Shown: one piece after another, positions 49,241 through 61,710 of the stretch | How the letters are laid out: each line of letters starts with the position of its first letter | Position numbering within the stretch: position 1 is the stretch's first letter | DNA from: Octopus bimaculoides | Lineage: Eukaryota | Assembly: GCF_001194135.2 (NCBI RefSeq) | Contig: NC_068988.1 | Span: 27,492,659-27,556,658 of the forward strand | Length of the DNA: 64,000 nucleotides | Reading direction: 5' to 3' | Notes under the pieces: model-generated | The model's input: only the letters and a program-made list of their open reading frames with translations | The model's database searches: none | What the model was told of the DNA's origin: nothing | Made by a program: the position numbers and the translations under genes

Positions 49241-50948
49241 GCGTTGTCGCCTCTCACTGTTTTATGTAGACCAGGCTCATAACACTTGAAAGTAACTTTT
49301 GCTTGTAAAATTTAAGGGAGGAGAGCAAAGAGACACACAACAACTTCATTTTTAACTTTCGAGTATTGTGAATGGGAAATAAGAAATAACAAAAAAACAT
49401 AACAAGAAACATGTAGAACAATTGTTGAAGTTAAGTCACAAATTTTGGGGCTGTGACGATGGACAACAGAGGTATACTTGTTTAGCTCTTGGTCAGCTTT
49501 GATCGAGGGTAAATATGACCAAGGGCATTCCAGACATGACCATCCCATCTTTTTGTATTTCTAGGTCTACATTTTCCATGTCCTTTCTTGTTTTAGATGG
49601 TAGGGTGTGGTTTTATAGAGGTTTGGCCACTGTTTTCCAACAAATTGACTGAACACAATTTCTTTTCATATTGAAGCTTGCCTCTGTAGATTTTCTATAG
49701 AATTTAGAGCCAGCCATGAAAGTTACAATGTTTCACATATGAATACATCTAAGTAAACAATGTGATCGAAGACAGAAAAATAGCTAAGTTTATGCTTACA
49801 CACCCATCACCTATTTGTCTATCTTTGATCACATTGTTTACATAGATATATTCATATGTGAAACATCATAACTTTAATTGCTATAGAATATCTGTAGAGA
49901 TAAACTTATAAAAGAAAATCTGCACACTGCTAACACAAAAGTAGGACACAGTATTGTCTTACAAACCTTTAATATACTTGGTAGTATATTATAATTTCAA
50001 AACAAAATACTGTGTCCCTACCAGCAATTAACTGTTTCTTTTGTTGGCTCAAGTAGATGTTAACGATTGCTGTTGTTCTTGTTCTAAAAGGGAGTGGTGA
50101 TGTGGTAATATCACAAATGGAATTATTGATTGAGTTTAGCTTCGACTTTTTCTATTTTTCTGAAACTGAAATAAAAGTTGAAATGACTATGTTAACAATT
50201 GTACAAGGTTTGTCTAGTTTTTGCTAGATTTGGAAAATAATTCTCTTTGGGAAAAAATATAGGGTAGCTACTTATAGCTTCCATTTATATTTTTCTGTGG
50301 TAGAATGTTGAGCTATACTCATAGTCAGTATCCATACCTTGACATTTTCTTTTTAGGTGGTGTATCGAAATTATACTCCACCTTTGGTATTCTCCAGCGA
50401 GATTCATTCTGAGAACATGCACTAACCAGCAAATTATTCTCTAGGAGATAAGAAGTGGAGGTTTATAACTAATCTTGTTTTCAGGTTTAAATGAGAAATA
50501 TTCCTTTTCTAGGAAAATAAGAATAATTATGATGTCAACAAACTCCCTCCATTGCAGTACAACCACAAACAATGATGTCCCTATCTACACCTGTATCTTA
50601 AAATAGTTTTGTAAACATTCACACACACAATAGACATCTTTCAGTTAACCTCAAATCAAATTTCCTCACAAGGCATTGATAAGCTCCTTCATAATACTAA
50701 ATATATACGATATATATATATATGATATAGAAATATAGTATATTCTTATATATATAAAAATATAGTATATCTATATATATATATGTTGTTGTTTGTTCAC
50801 AAATTTTTCTGCCTTGTTGGGTAATAATACCCAATTTTTCTGCCATTTTAACGGTGATACTGCGTTTGAAATATCACCTTGTCTGTATTCTACAATACAC
50901 TACGATGCTTATAAAAGACAAATGTTTGTTTGTATACACACGTGGTTG

Positions 50949-50981
<33 letters not shown>

Positions 50982-51699
50982 NNNNNNNNNNNNNNNNNNN
51001 NNNNNNNNNNNNNNNNNNNNNNNNNNNNNNNNNNNNNNNNNNNNNNNNNNNNNNNNNNNNNNNNNNNNNNNNNNNNNNNNNNNNNNNNNNNNNNNNNNNN
51101 NNNNNNNNNNNNNNNNNNNNNNNNNNNNNNNNNNNNNNNNNNNNNNNNNNNNNNNNNNNNNNNNNNNNNNNNNNNNNNNNNNNNNNNNNNNNNNNNNNNN
51201 NNNNNNNNNNNNNNNNNNNNNNNNNNNNNNNNNNNNNNNNNNNNNNNNNNNNNNNNNNNNNNNNNNNNNNNNNNNNNNNNNNNNNNNNNNNNNNNNNNNN
51301 NNNNNNNNNNNNNNNNNNNNNNNNNNNNNNNNNNNNNNNNNNNNNNNNNNNNNNNNNNNNNNNNNNNNNNNNNNNNNATATATATATATATATATATAAA
51401 CCAAGAGAGCTAAGATTAATATTTGTATTATTGAGCAATTTTCCCTTCATTTTTATGTTGTGTTTCCACTTCCTCAATATATCTTAGACTCACAATTCTA
51501 TATAACATTGTTTTATGTTGTGTTCAAATCCTACCACGACAAAGAACTTAATCTTTCTTCCTCTTCAAAGTAGAGTTGATAGTAGTGTAGGTATTATACT
51601 ACAGACAGGAGATAAAATTGATTAGGGAACAGAGTAATAGCACCTCTCTGGCTGAAGTACATAAAGTAAGGTGTCTCATTTGAGTTGCCCCCAGCTGTG

Positions 51700-52300
51700 G
51701 TTGACTCATTCTGTTAATATTTCATCCATTCCAGAGAAACATGTTTAAAATAGATGACAGCTATGATTGTTGTTCTGGTGGTGATGCCCATGATATTTGT
51801 GCATTTTTGTTGGCACTTCTTACAATGACCAGTCAGTTCTGTAAGTGGATGGAGTGAGTGAGTAGTAGAAGTGGTAGTTCCTTTAATCAATCATTCCTGA
51901 AACAATTACAAGACGTTTGCTTCCTCTTATCTTTGTTAACCATATTTGCTGTGGTCTGAAGTCACTTGCTGTCTCCTGCATTCTTCAATAATATCCCACT
52001 TTTTGTCTCCTGGGTTCTTTAACAGAAGACTTTCTAGGTAGTTCTCTTCTGTTTGACACTCTCTTATAAATGTGTTCTGTACTGAATTCAGACATTGACT
52101 TTCAAATGTCACTGATATGGACATCAAAAGAAGATGTCTTTCTGCTGTGTTTCTTGGTAAATTTTCCATTCCGAAACAGAATACATTAACTGAAATCCAA
52201 TTATACTTCACTAGTTTCCTTTTTAAAAAAGTATTGAGGAAGCTTTGCCATTGTTTGATCACTTGAACATTACAGCTAATCATTGATCAGACCTCATATT
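51700..52300 (-). mobile_element. Possible very old non-LTR retrotransposon remnant
   Basis: 115-codon minus ORF, then GHCKKCQQK resembling the CxxC of R4-type zinc knuckles; weak. Confidence 0.2.
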
Positions 52301-53105
52301 CTAGCATTTCTCATCATTGCCTATCTCTGAACTAAGTTTCAGTAATAAAATAAAATAAAAAATAATAATACTAAGATCAAAAGTTACTGAATTTTGGAAT
52401 ATTAAAGTTTATTCATATTTTGTACAAGTTTCAATGGATAGAAATTTATCAGAAGAAGAAACCTCAAATTTGTAGTAAAAGTTTATATGGTATCTACTAT
52501 TGCTTTTTTATCAATCAATACATACTAATTATAGATGTGGGAAGCTTGTTATTTACCTAGGAACTCTGCCAAGCCATAAAATCAGAATTATTGTTGGTAT
52601 TAGAGACATTTGGATCTGATACCAACAATAATTCTGACCTTCAGCAAGTGAAATTAAACCAAAACTGTTATAACTACATACAAATAGTGAAATCTTTGGT
52701 GTTTTTTCTCCACCACCCCTCCAGCTTATTCTTCATTTCAAGTGTTCTGCTCTAATTTTGCTGAATGGCAAATATATTTCAGCATCAGGCTGTGCTACTT
52801 ATTAATTTTTGTAATCAGCAATAGTTTTTTGTAATTATCAGATATTTTAATTGTGATAAAATACAAGATTAGATTGGTACTAAAATTACTATTTCAAATA
52901 TGGTATTTTACTAGTAGAAACAAAATTCGCAGCTTCCAAAAAGAGAAAATGGCTCTAGAAATTACTACTAACTATTCTTGTCATGGTACTAATACATTGC
53001 AAACATGTAAGATTTCATTCTTAGCAATTATTTGGAGTCTAAGCAATCGGCTTATATTTTTCTCGTTTATGGAATCCACAAGAATTATACAGTTCCTCTT
53101 AGTAA

Positions 53106-53336
53106 CATTTTTCCAGCATACAAGTTTTTTTCATATTTTTCAGCATGGAAGTTTTTTCTATATTTTCCAGCATACAAGTTTTTCAGACCAGAGTTTCAGC
53201 CAAAACAGAGTAGGTTGACTTTAACACCAAAACAGCTTTGGAGGACCAAAAATTCCATGTGAAATGCAGATTTGGAAAGATAGCAAAGATGCATGAATAT
53301 TTACATTCCATGACTTGTATGCTGGAAAATATGGTA
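53106..53336. mobile_element. pogo/Tc2-like MITE with a triplicated left terminal motif
   Basis: Three ~26-bp units (tattttccagcatacaagt) and one inverted copy acttgtatgctggaaaatatggta at 53313-53336. Confidence 0.55.
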
Positions 53337-53394
53337 AACAATTGTTTCTGGTTTAGGAACATGACCAGCAATGGGAGACGGACAGCCAGTTTTA

Positions 53395-53930
53395 TGAAAT
53401 CAAGTACTTGATTGGTACTTTATTTTATTGACCCCCCGGAAAGATGAAAGGCAAAGTTGACCACTGAGATTAGAACTCAGAATGTCAACAGCTGGAACAA
53501 ATGTAGCAAAGAATTATTTTTCCAATGCTCCAAAGATTCTGACTGTTTGCCACACTCGACAACAACAACAATAATCCTTTCTGTTATAGGCACAAAGCCT
53601 GAAATTTTGTTGAAGGGGTATAAGTTGATTACATCAACCCCATTGCCAAGAATGAAAGGCAAAGTCAACCTTGGCAGGGTTTGAACTTAGAACATAAAGT
53701 TGGATGAAATGCTGCTAAACAGGTTTCAAATTTTGGCACAAGGCCAGCAATTTTGGGCAAGGTGGTAAGTTGATTACATCGACCCCAGTGCTCAACTAGT
53801 ACTTACTTTATCAGCCCCCCCCCCATAAGGATGAAAGGCAAAGTCAACTTCAGTGGAATTTGAACTCAGAATGTAAAGATGGATGAAATGCCAGACTTGC
53901 TAATGATTCTGCCAGTTTACAATCTTAATG
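53395..53930 (-). mobile_element. Three consecutive SINE B copies
   Basis: atgaaaggcaaagt(t/c)(g/a)ac...gaact(c/t)agaa occurs three times in the same orientation. Confidence 0.8.
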
Positions 53931-54449
53931 AAAGTGATAACAACAATAATAGAATAACCCTCACAATAGGAAATAAGGACTGTGAGATTGGTTGAAATCT
54001 TTATTGGCACCAATTCAGTAACAGAAGATATGAATTCAATAAACGAAGAATATTTCGAAAACTTACTTGCCATTGTAGCAAAATAGGGAATTAAATTTAT
54101 TGGATATGGATTTTTTGTTCTGTAGCTGATAATATTCTGATAATTGGGATAGCTTCAATTATTGAGCTAATGCTGTTAATAAAGATATGAATTGCCACAG
54201 TATTCAATTTCTGCTTCCCATAAATGTGAGACTTTCATGCCTAATTAAGTGCATACTAAGTAAATGTGAAGAAACAGCTTATGTTCTGTAGCAGCTAGGA
54301 TGTGCCCTCAACCATTTATGCCTAAAGTCTGCATTTATGATGGCAAATAATAACAAGAACAGGCACAATTGAAGCTTCTTAGTATGTGAATGGATTTTCA
54401 TTAATCCAAATATAATTTACCATGAAGATATAATATATTGTATGTGTTA

Positions 54450-54800
54450 TATCATCATCATCATTTAACATTTATGTTCCATACTTGCATGGGTTGGACA
54501 GTTTGACAAGGATCTGATGAGCTAAAGGATTGCATCGTGCTCCAGTGTCTGCTTTGGCATGATTTCTGCAGTTGGATGTCTTTACTAATGTCAAACGTTT
54601 TACAGAGTGTACTGGGTGCTTTTTGCATGACACCAGCACTAATGAGGTCACCATGTAGCATGCAAGTCAAGAAACCCAGGGAAGGAGGATGTTCCATCTG
54701 TATATTAGGTGGGGGGGTTAAAATAAGAGGAAAGAGGCTGAGATAGAGCAGGTTTTTGTTGTAGCCACATGGCTACTCACATTTGAGAGAGAGAGAAAAC
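54450..54800 (-). mobile_element. Family C repeat with a 5' extension
   Basis: C core plus about 150 bp shared with 61080-61220. Confidence 0.7.
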
Positions 54801-55942
54801 GAATTAGAGTTATTGAATATTCGCTGTATACTGTGAGACATTTTATATGCAGTCCTTTATTATATGCCTTACATCATCTTTTTTCCATATGACAATGAAC
54901 ACAATAAGTTTGTTTGTCTTGGGGAACAATCCCAATGCGCATGCATGTCAATCTGACTTTCTTTTGGTTTTTGTGTAGGCATATATATTGCTGATCTTGA
55001 TGTGATGGTTGTAATATTGCTCTAAATAAATAAATAAATATCTGACTACGTTTCTTTTGACAGACTGAAAGGTCCATTGCCTTTTTTGTTCGTGCAGATT
55101 TTATAGAACTGCTAGGTTATTATCATTCAATAATATATGAATCAGATGGCAATAATACTATCTCCAGCCTACCTGCATAAGAATTCTATATTTCGATGCT
55201 CTGGTTCATTTAGTCTCCTCCACCAATGTGTCCATTATCAATTTCTGTAGGATGTGGTACTATACAACAAAAAGGAATTTTGGTCACTGATAAATAGTGT
55301 GTGTGATACTTGACAATGAAGTCAAATACAAAGTCTTTATATCGTTTTTCATCCATTTGCACACCAATATTTCATTGTACACATTTGTTATAAGTGAAGA
55401 GAGCTGCTTCTCCCCCCCCCCCCNNNNNNNNNNTCTAAGAATGTTGTCATGAATAGTTTATTTTTCTCTTTTTATTTTTTGGTGGATGGTTTTCCCTTCA
55501 ATGCTGTCATTAGCTTTACACTTGTGGAAAGTTGTCAAAGCAAAATGATATAATTTCAGATAGTGCTTTTGAAGGATTTCTTCAAATCTTGCAACAAGAT
55601 CTTCTAATTCTCTCTTTCTGCATCAGTTGTGAGGTATCATCCATAATACGCACGTATATTGATATTTGTATATGAACACAGTGAAGTGTACATTAAGATT
55701 TTTCTTGCCCTGTTATACTTCATTTTTTTTTTTCCATTCAAATGCCTAGCAACCTAAATTTAGGACACTGACATCTGTGCATATATTAAACCAATGTGAA
55801 CGATTTATCAATAAATATTGAATGCTTTTTACATTGGAATCTACATGAGAGTAATAAATTAAAACTGATAGATAGACAAATAATTACTTGAGAGAAAAAA
55901 AAGCGAGATGCATAAATTAAAAAGTTCAGTCATTTTGCTTAA

Positions 55943-56385
55943 CCCTCTGATTACCATATTTCTGTTGAAAAACACTTCCTTTGTTTTAATTAATTTTGGA
56001 AATAATGAAGAATTTAGTAAAATAACTTCATCATTATAAAGCTGGCATTTGAAACATCAATTAATATGAAATTCTGATAAACGGTTTTAATTTACATCAC
56101 TTTAACCCTTTAGAATTTTTATTATTCTGTCAAATGTAATGCTTATTTATTCATATTGTTTTCAATCAATCATGCATTATCTTGTAGCTTTGAAATTTCG
56201 ATTATGGGATTGTTTACTTTTAGCATGACATTGTAGGGTAGGTGTGAAAGGCAGGATTTGGCCAGTTTGAGCATAAAACAAACAGAATATTTTGGCTGGA
56301 TATAGCCAGTTTAAATGCTAAAGGGTTAAAACAGGAAATTTGATCAAAGAACCAGGTGAGATCTCAGGCAGTTTGGTACCAAAAG
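55943..56385. mobile_element. TTAA-type MITE family 2 (host of a nested MITE)
   Basis: TTAA at 55939-55942 and 56386-56389. Confidence 0.65.
56106..56325. mobile_element. TTAA-type MITE family 1, nested
   Basis: TTAA|CCCTTTAG...CTAAAGGG|TTAA, with perfect 8-bp termini and TSD. Confidence 0.85.
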
Positions 56386-56626
56386 TTAACATGGTGAAAT
56401 GGCAGAATCATGAGAATGTTAGACAAAGTACCTATGCTCTTTAGTTAGAGCCTTTTACATTCTGAACCTGCTGAAACGAACTTTGTTTGTTGTACTTTTG
56501 ATATCAATAAATTAACACATTAGTAAGTGAAGTACTGAGCTCAATTTAATATTCCTCTGAAGCATCCTGGATGTCAATAGAACCATAATACAAAACTAAG
56601 ATTAAAGTTCCTACAAAGAAACATAT

Positions 56627-56985
56627 AAGCGCAGGAGTGGTTGTGTGGTAAGAAGTTTGCTTCCCCCAACCACATGATTCCAGGCTCAGTCCCATTGTAT
56701 GACACCTTGGGCAAGCGTCTTCTACTACAGCCTTGGATCGACCAAAGCCTTGTGAGTGGGTTTGGTAAATGAAAACTGAAAGAAGCCCATTGTATGTGTG
56801 TGTGTTTTTGTGTCTATATTTGTCCTCTACCAATGCTTGACAGCTGGTGTTGGTGTGTTTACATCCCTGTATCTTAGTGGTTCAAATGAGACTGATAGTA
56901 TAAAAACTGGGGTTGATTCACTCAACTAAAATTCCTCAAGACTGTGCCCCAGCATGGCCACAGTCTAATGACTGAAACAAAAGAT
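56627..56985 (+). mobile_element. SINE family A
   Basis: gcgcaggagtggttgtgtggtaag...gactgaaacaaaag. Confidence 0.85.
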
Positions 56986-57419
56986 AAATGAGTATGAGAG
57001 TCACAAGCTACAGTGTTTATATTTTCTTTATAGGCTTTGCTATAAAAATCTATAGAAGTTGTTTGTTGAGTGTTTTCTATTAAAGCACATTATTTTATGA
57101 CAATTGTCACTATTGGGCTTTATAGAGATTGAAAAGGATGAGAAGCATGAGAGAGTTGAGCAATAATGTTATGACCTAATAAAAGATATGCATAGACACA
57201 ATCTTTATTGTTATTATTATTATTATTATTTTGGTGGAGGAAAGGAAATGCCTACAGCAAAATAATAGTAAAAAATATTTTGAAAATGAGAGTAAGGTGA
57301 ATCTAGCAACCCACTGTGGCTATGGTGGTGATGGACATAGACAAAAATTCAGAATAATTTTCATTTGTGAATGAATAAGTAGTGATACTAACATCTGTTA
57401 CGCAAATATATATATATAT

Positions 57420-57672
57420 ATCGTCATCATCATCGTTTAACGGCTGTTTTCCATGCTGGCATGGATTGGACAGTTTGACTGAGGTCTGGAGACCCAGCGG
57501 CTGCACCAGGCTCCAATCTGATCTGGCAGTGTTTCTACAGCTGGATGTCCTTCCTAACGCCAACCACTCTGAGAGTGTAGTGGGTGCTTTTTTATGTGCC
57601 ACCGGATTGAGGGCCAGTCAAGGGTGTCCTGGCATTGGCCACATTCGGATGGCGCTTTTTATATGCCACCAA
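57420..57672 (-). mobile_element. Family C repeat
   Basis: catcatcatcgtttaacggctgttttccatgctggc...ctggatgtccttcctaacgccaacc. Confidence 0.85.
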
Positions 57673-57813
57673 CACACATATATACTCACACACATACACA
57701 GCAAACCAGCAAAGAAATAATTCTGATAGGAATTGAACTCAAACTTTTGGTATCTTAACAGACAGCATTGTCATGAACCTCCAAAGCTATAATTAGCAAC
57801 CAATATCGGTTAA

Positions 57814-58022
57814 CTCTTTGACATTCAGATTACTCTTGTCAAATATAATGCTTATTAATTCATATTGTTTTTAATTAATCATAGCTTATTTTGTAGCTTC
57901 AAGATTTCAATGATGTGATCATGTATTTTTAGAATGACATTGTATGGTAGGTGTGAGGGGCGAGATCTGGCTGGTTTGAACATAAAATAGGTATAGATGT
58001 GATTGATTTAAACGCTAAAAGG
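57814..58022. mobile_element. TTAA-type MITE family 1
   Basis: TTAA at 57810-57813 and 58023-58026; body matches 56106-56325. Confidence 0.75.
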
Positions 58023-58442
58023 TTAACAGGCTGGTTTGCTACAATTCCTATAAAATATCAGCTTGTTGGTTGAGAAACTTGACATGTCTTACCTGCAGTC
58101 TTCATATTTCAGTAAAAATATTTTCCTTTTACATTCAGACATTTCAACTACAGATAAAGCAGTGTGCATGTGACAGGAAGTAATTCACATTATTGCTTAG
58201 GGAGTATGGTGCAATTGAATGCAGAGACCTAGTCCTTGGTTGCTACAGCAGTTCTAAGAATAATAATTTCGCAACATACTATCAAACAGTGCAACATAAA
58301 TGACTGATATACAGATATCGCTGACCTAATTTTTATATTATCTCAGCCTCGTATCACACTCTGTTTCCTGAGATTATCAGCGAAAAAGATAATAGTTATT
58401 TTTATGAACTGTTCGGGGCTAAAAATACACACACACGCATAC

Positions 58443-58935
58443 ATATGGCTATGTGTTAAGAAGTTTCCTTCCCAACCACATGGTTCTGAGTTCAGTCTCT
58501 CTGCATGACACCTTAGGCAAGTATCTTCTATAGCCCCAGGCTGACCAGAGCCTTTTGAATGGATTTGGTAGATGGAAACTGAAAGTAGCCCATCATGTAT
58601 ATATACGTATATGTCTCTCTGTGTCTCACGGTTTCAGCCAGGTTGGTAACGAAAGGGTTAAAGGTAAATAAGAATATCAATAATAAAATTGAGAATTGAA
58701 CTTTCATTCTCTTACATTTTTACCATTTTTTTTTCTTTTTTTAATCATTGTACTGTGGCCACACTGGAGCACTGCCTTAAAGGGCATCAACAAATCAACT
58801 CAGACCACACATACACGCAACAGTTTCTGTCTCACTCGGCATTAGTTAGCCCTGGGCTATAGTGCTGCACAGTGAGACTGAACTCAAAACCATGGAGATG
58901 CAAAGCAAGTTTCTTAACCACACAGCCATGTCTGT
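58443..58935. mobile_element. Convergent SINE A fragments: (+) 58443-58600 and (-) 58742-58935
   Basis: A heads in opposite orientations. Confidence 0.65.
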
Positions 58936-59254
58936 GACCATTCTTAGCAAATATTTTGTTATAAATCTTTTGAGATAATCCTGTACATATGTGTGCATTG
59001 TGTTCTCAACTCAATATCTAGTTTTCCTTTTAAATTATGTAAAACCCTAATGAATGAAAGCATTATGCTGAATTGTACTTTTTCTTCACTTCTAATCCTT
59101 CGGATTTACTTAAAGTTTTTGATAATTTTTCTTTCCTGCAACCAGAACATTATTCTATGTGCTGTAGAAGTTCCCATTGTTGTTGTTGTTGTCGTCAATG
59201 CTGTCCATTCTCGACTAAGTGGTAGTGCATGAAATGTCAATCCTAGTTTCTTAC

Positions 59255-59381
59255 TGTCATGACTTTTAGCGTCCAAATGTGATGTGTGATATTCCTCTGT
59301 CAACTGAGTGCCAGGAGATTGCCGATGACAAGAAGTGACTTCTTCCTGAGATGGTATTCCCTGCTGTTTTCTCTTTTGTTG
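59255..59381 (-). CDS. Candidate 127-nt exon (QQKRKQQGIPSQEEVTSCHRQSPGTQLTEEYHTSHLDAKSHD, phase 0-1)
   Basis: ctgtctttcag| acceptor and aca|gtaaga donor, inside the 123-aa ORF 59106-59477. Confidence 0.25.
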
Positions 59382-59793
59382 CTGAAAGACAGTTCTCTTT
59401 GTGCTTTTTTTTTTCTCATCCTTTGTTTCCTTGCGATGTACTTTCATTTTTTTTACTTTCTTTTTTTTGAGCATCACTTCAGGTGTGCATTGTGTAAATA
59501 GTAATCACATCTAGAAGAGAGAACCTTAATTCATTCATTGTTGGATTGATAGAAAAAAAATTATTTTAAAAACTAATAAAAATGCTCTGCTTCATCTTTT
59601 TTGCAATTTTCATTTTTATTATTATTTTCTTCCATTCTGATTTACCCCAAGCTATATCAGTTCACTTCTTTCTCAAACATCTTTTCTCTATCATGCAAAA
59701 CTTTCATTTTTTTTATACACTGTACTTCTCTTTCTCTCTCTCTCTCCTCCTCTCTCTCCCTCCTTCTCTCCCTCTCCTTTCTTTTGTAACTAG

Positions 59794-59835
59794 AATATTC
59801 CTAGCTGTCCTACATCAGAATCAATTTACATGTTG
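59794..59835 (+). CDS. Candidate 42-nt symmetric exon (xIFLAVLHQNQFTCx or NIPSCPTSESIYML)
   Basis: Long CT tract + gtaactag| acceptor and ttg|gtgagt consensus donor; open in two frames. Confidence 0.35.
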
Positions 59836-60904
59836 GTGAGTCAGAAATTATACATTTTAAGATGTTCCATTTTAGCATGATAACTTAACATATTCTTTAA
59901 ATTTGAAACAATTTCACCATTGAGAAAAAAAAAAATTTTTTTCAATTTCAATATTATAAATTCTATTTTTACTAATGACTGTGCTATAAAAAATTTTTTA
60001 CACTTTTGCATACAAGGTACTACTTCAGATTTTTAGCCTTTGAGATTACATTTAATAATTTTACTAATACTTGTGATTTTCACAAATGCTAGGCTTTAAT
60101 AAAGTGAAAAATGAGCACCCAACACATTAGCAGCTAACACATCAGAATACAGCAGAATATTTTCACCTATAATGGATTAAGAATAATTAGTATGCATTGT
60201 AGAATCAATACTCACCAATATGTTCTGTTAGTATCATACCAATTATCAGCATCCATACTTGGCTTCAAAGTTGCCTTCCAACCATTTCATGGGTTTTAAT
60301 ATTTTTCTAATATAGTTCTGCTGTGTTAAGTATTTCGACTGAGTATCTCCTCCAAAGGTGATACAATGGCTGGTGCCTTGAATCAAAGAATAACATAGCA
60401 GCTGGTATCATGATTAGGAAAGAAAAACTTCAAATACTTTGATGGAAAAGCCAAGAAATATAATTTTGTTTTTTCTCATCATCATCATTATTATCATAAT
60501 TTGTTTTATTTCTTTAAAAGATATCAATTTTTTTAATATTTATTCTTCTTTATGCATTGTAACCCGCAGGGATATTTATTAAATTAGAAAAAAAATTATC
60601 TGTTGCATTTAAAATACACGTATCTATGTGAATTTTTACAAGTTTTGAATGTACATTTTTAATGCAATTTCTATGTAGTAAGATAAATTTGTCAAAATCA
60701 ATAGTGAAAATGATTAGGAAAAATTTTGTATGAGTTCCATATGATATACTTGTTTTTGTCTTTGGAATATATTTTCCAAATTTAAATTGTTTTTGCAAAT
60801 GATAGAATCTGTTGTCTTTGAAGAGAGGCCATCATCTAGGCGGTCCTTTCGCTTATATCAATGATGGTGGATCTGAGACATACATGTTAGTAGTGGTTAC
60901 ATAC

Positions 60905-61330
60905 TGGCCTGAGTTGGATGATTTGACAAGGATCTGAGGTTGGATGATTTGACAAGAACTGCATCATGCTCCAGTGTCTGCTTTGGCATGGTTTCTATGG
61001 CTGAATGCCCTTCATATTGCCAACCAATTTGCAGAGTATATTGGGTGGTTTTTTCATGCTACCAGCACTATTGAGGTTACCATGCAGCTTGCAAGACTAC
61101 AAAACCCAAGAGGTGGGTGTCCACATGTTAGATGGGGATTAAGGTATGAGAGAAGAGGTTGAGGTAGAGGTACATAGCCACTCACATTTAGGAGAGAGAG
61201 TGAGAATGAATTGGTGTATCTGCTAGGAGATAAACAATAGCGATGAGGTGTCCAGCTGACACCACAGGGTAAGAGGTGAGTAGTAGTGAATGGAGACAGA
61301 GAAGCTAGGAGTTTATCAATAAACAATTAC
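60905..61330 (-). mobile_element. Family C repeat joined to a possible CR1/L2-like 3' ORF remnant
   Basis: C core, the extension shared with 54680-54800, then a weakly LINE-like peptide (HRYCLSPSRYTNSF). Confidence 0.55.
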
Positions 61331-61499
61331 CTAAAACTAAAATTCATAAGAGGTAGAAAAATGAATGAAATAAGAAACAAAGAACACTTCTAATAATGCA
61401 TTGTTAGCTTTCTTTACTTCTCATTTCATTCATTTCTTTACTTCTGCACTACACAATGCTTCAAGTGAATTACGTTCTTGTAGAATTCATGTGTATATG

Positions 61500-61710
61500 T
61501 ATGTGTGAATGGGAATTTGAGTGTTTTTGTGTCTCTTTTGTCTTGGCATAAGCATGATTGTTGTAAATGAGCGTCATTCATTTCCAGTATTCCATGAAAA
61601 GATGTCTGGTCATGGGGAAATATTACATTGCTCGGAAAATCTGCCTCAATAGATTCTGTCCAACCCATGCAGGCATGAAAAAGTAGATGTTAAAAGGATG
61701 ATGTTAATGA
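61500..61710 (+). mobile_element. SINE A2 tail
   Basis: gatgtctggtcatggggaaatattac...ccaacccatgcaggcatgaaaaagtagatgttaaaaggatgatg. Confidence 0.7.

Noticed and set aside
21698-51487. Long ORFs containing X runs
   Set aside because: They span N-gaps and microsatellites; artefacts of translating Ns.
54126-54189. Hydrophobic terminal-exon candidate (DNILIIGIASIIELMLLIKI*)
   Set aside because: T-rich DNA yields hydrophobic peptides by chance, and there is no linked exon.
55173-55259. 87-nt minus-strand exon-like segment with an in-frame TGA (possible selenocysteine)
   Set aside because: No selenoprotein-like context or visible SECIS; a pseudo-exon is more parsimonious.
59146-59225. Cys-rich plus-strand exon candidate (HYSMCCRSSHCCCCCRQCC)
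   Set aside because: The Cys run comes from a (TGT)n microsatellite and ends at a stop; no further support.
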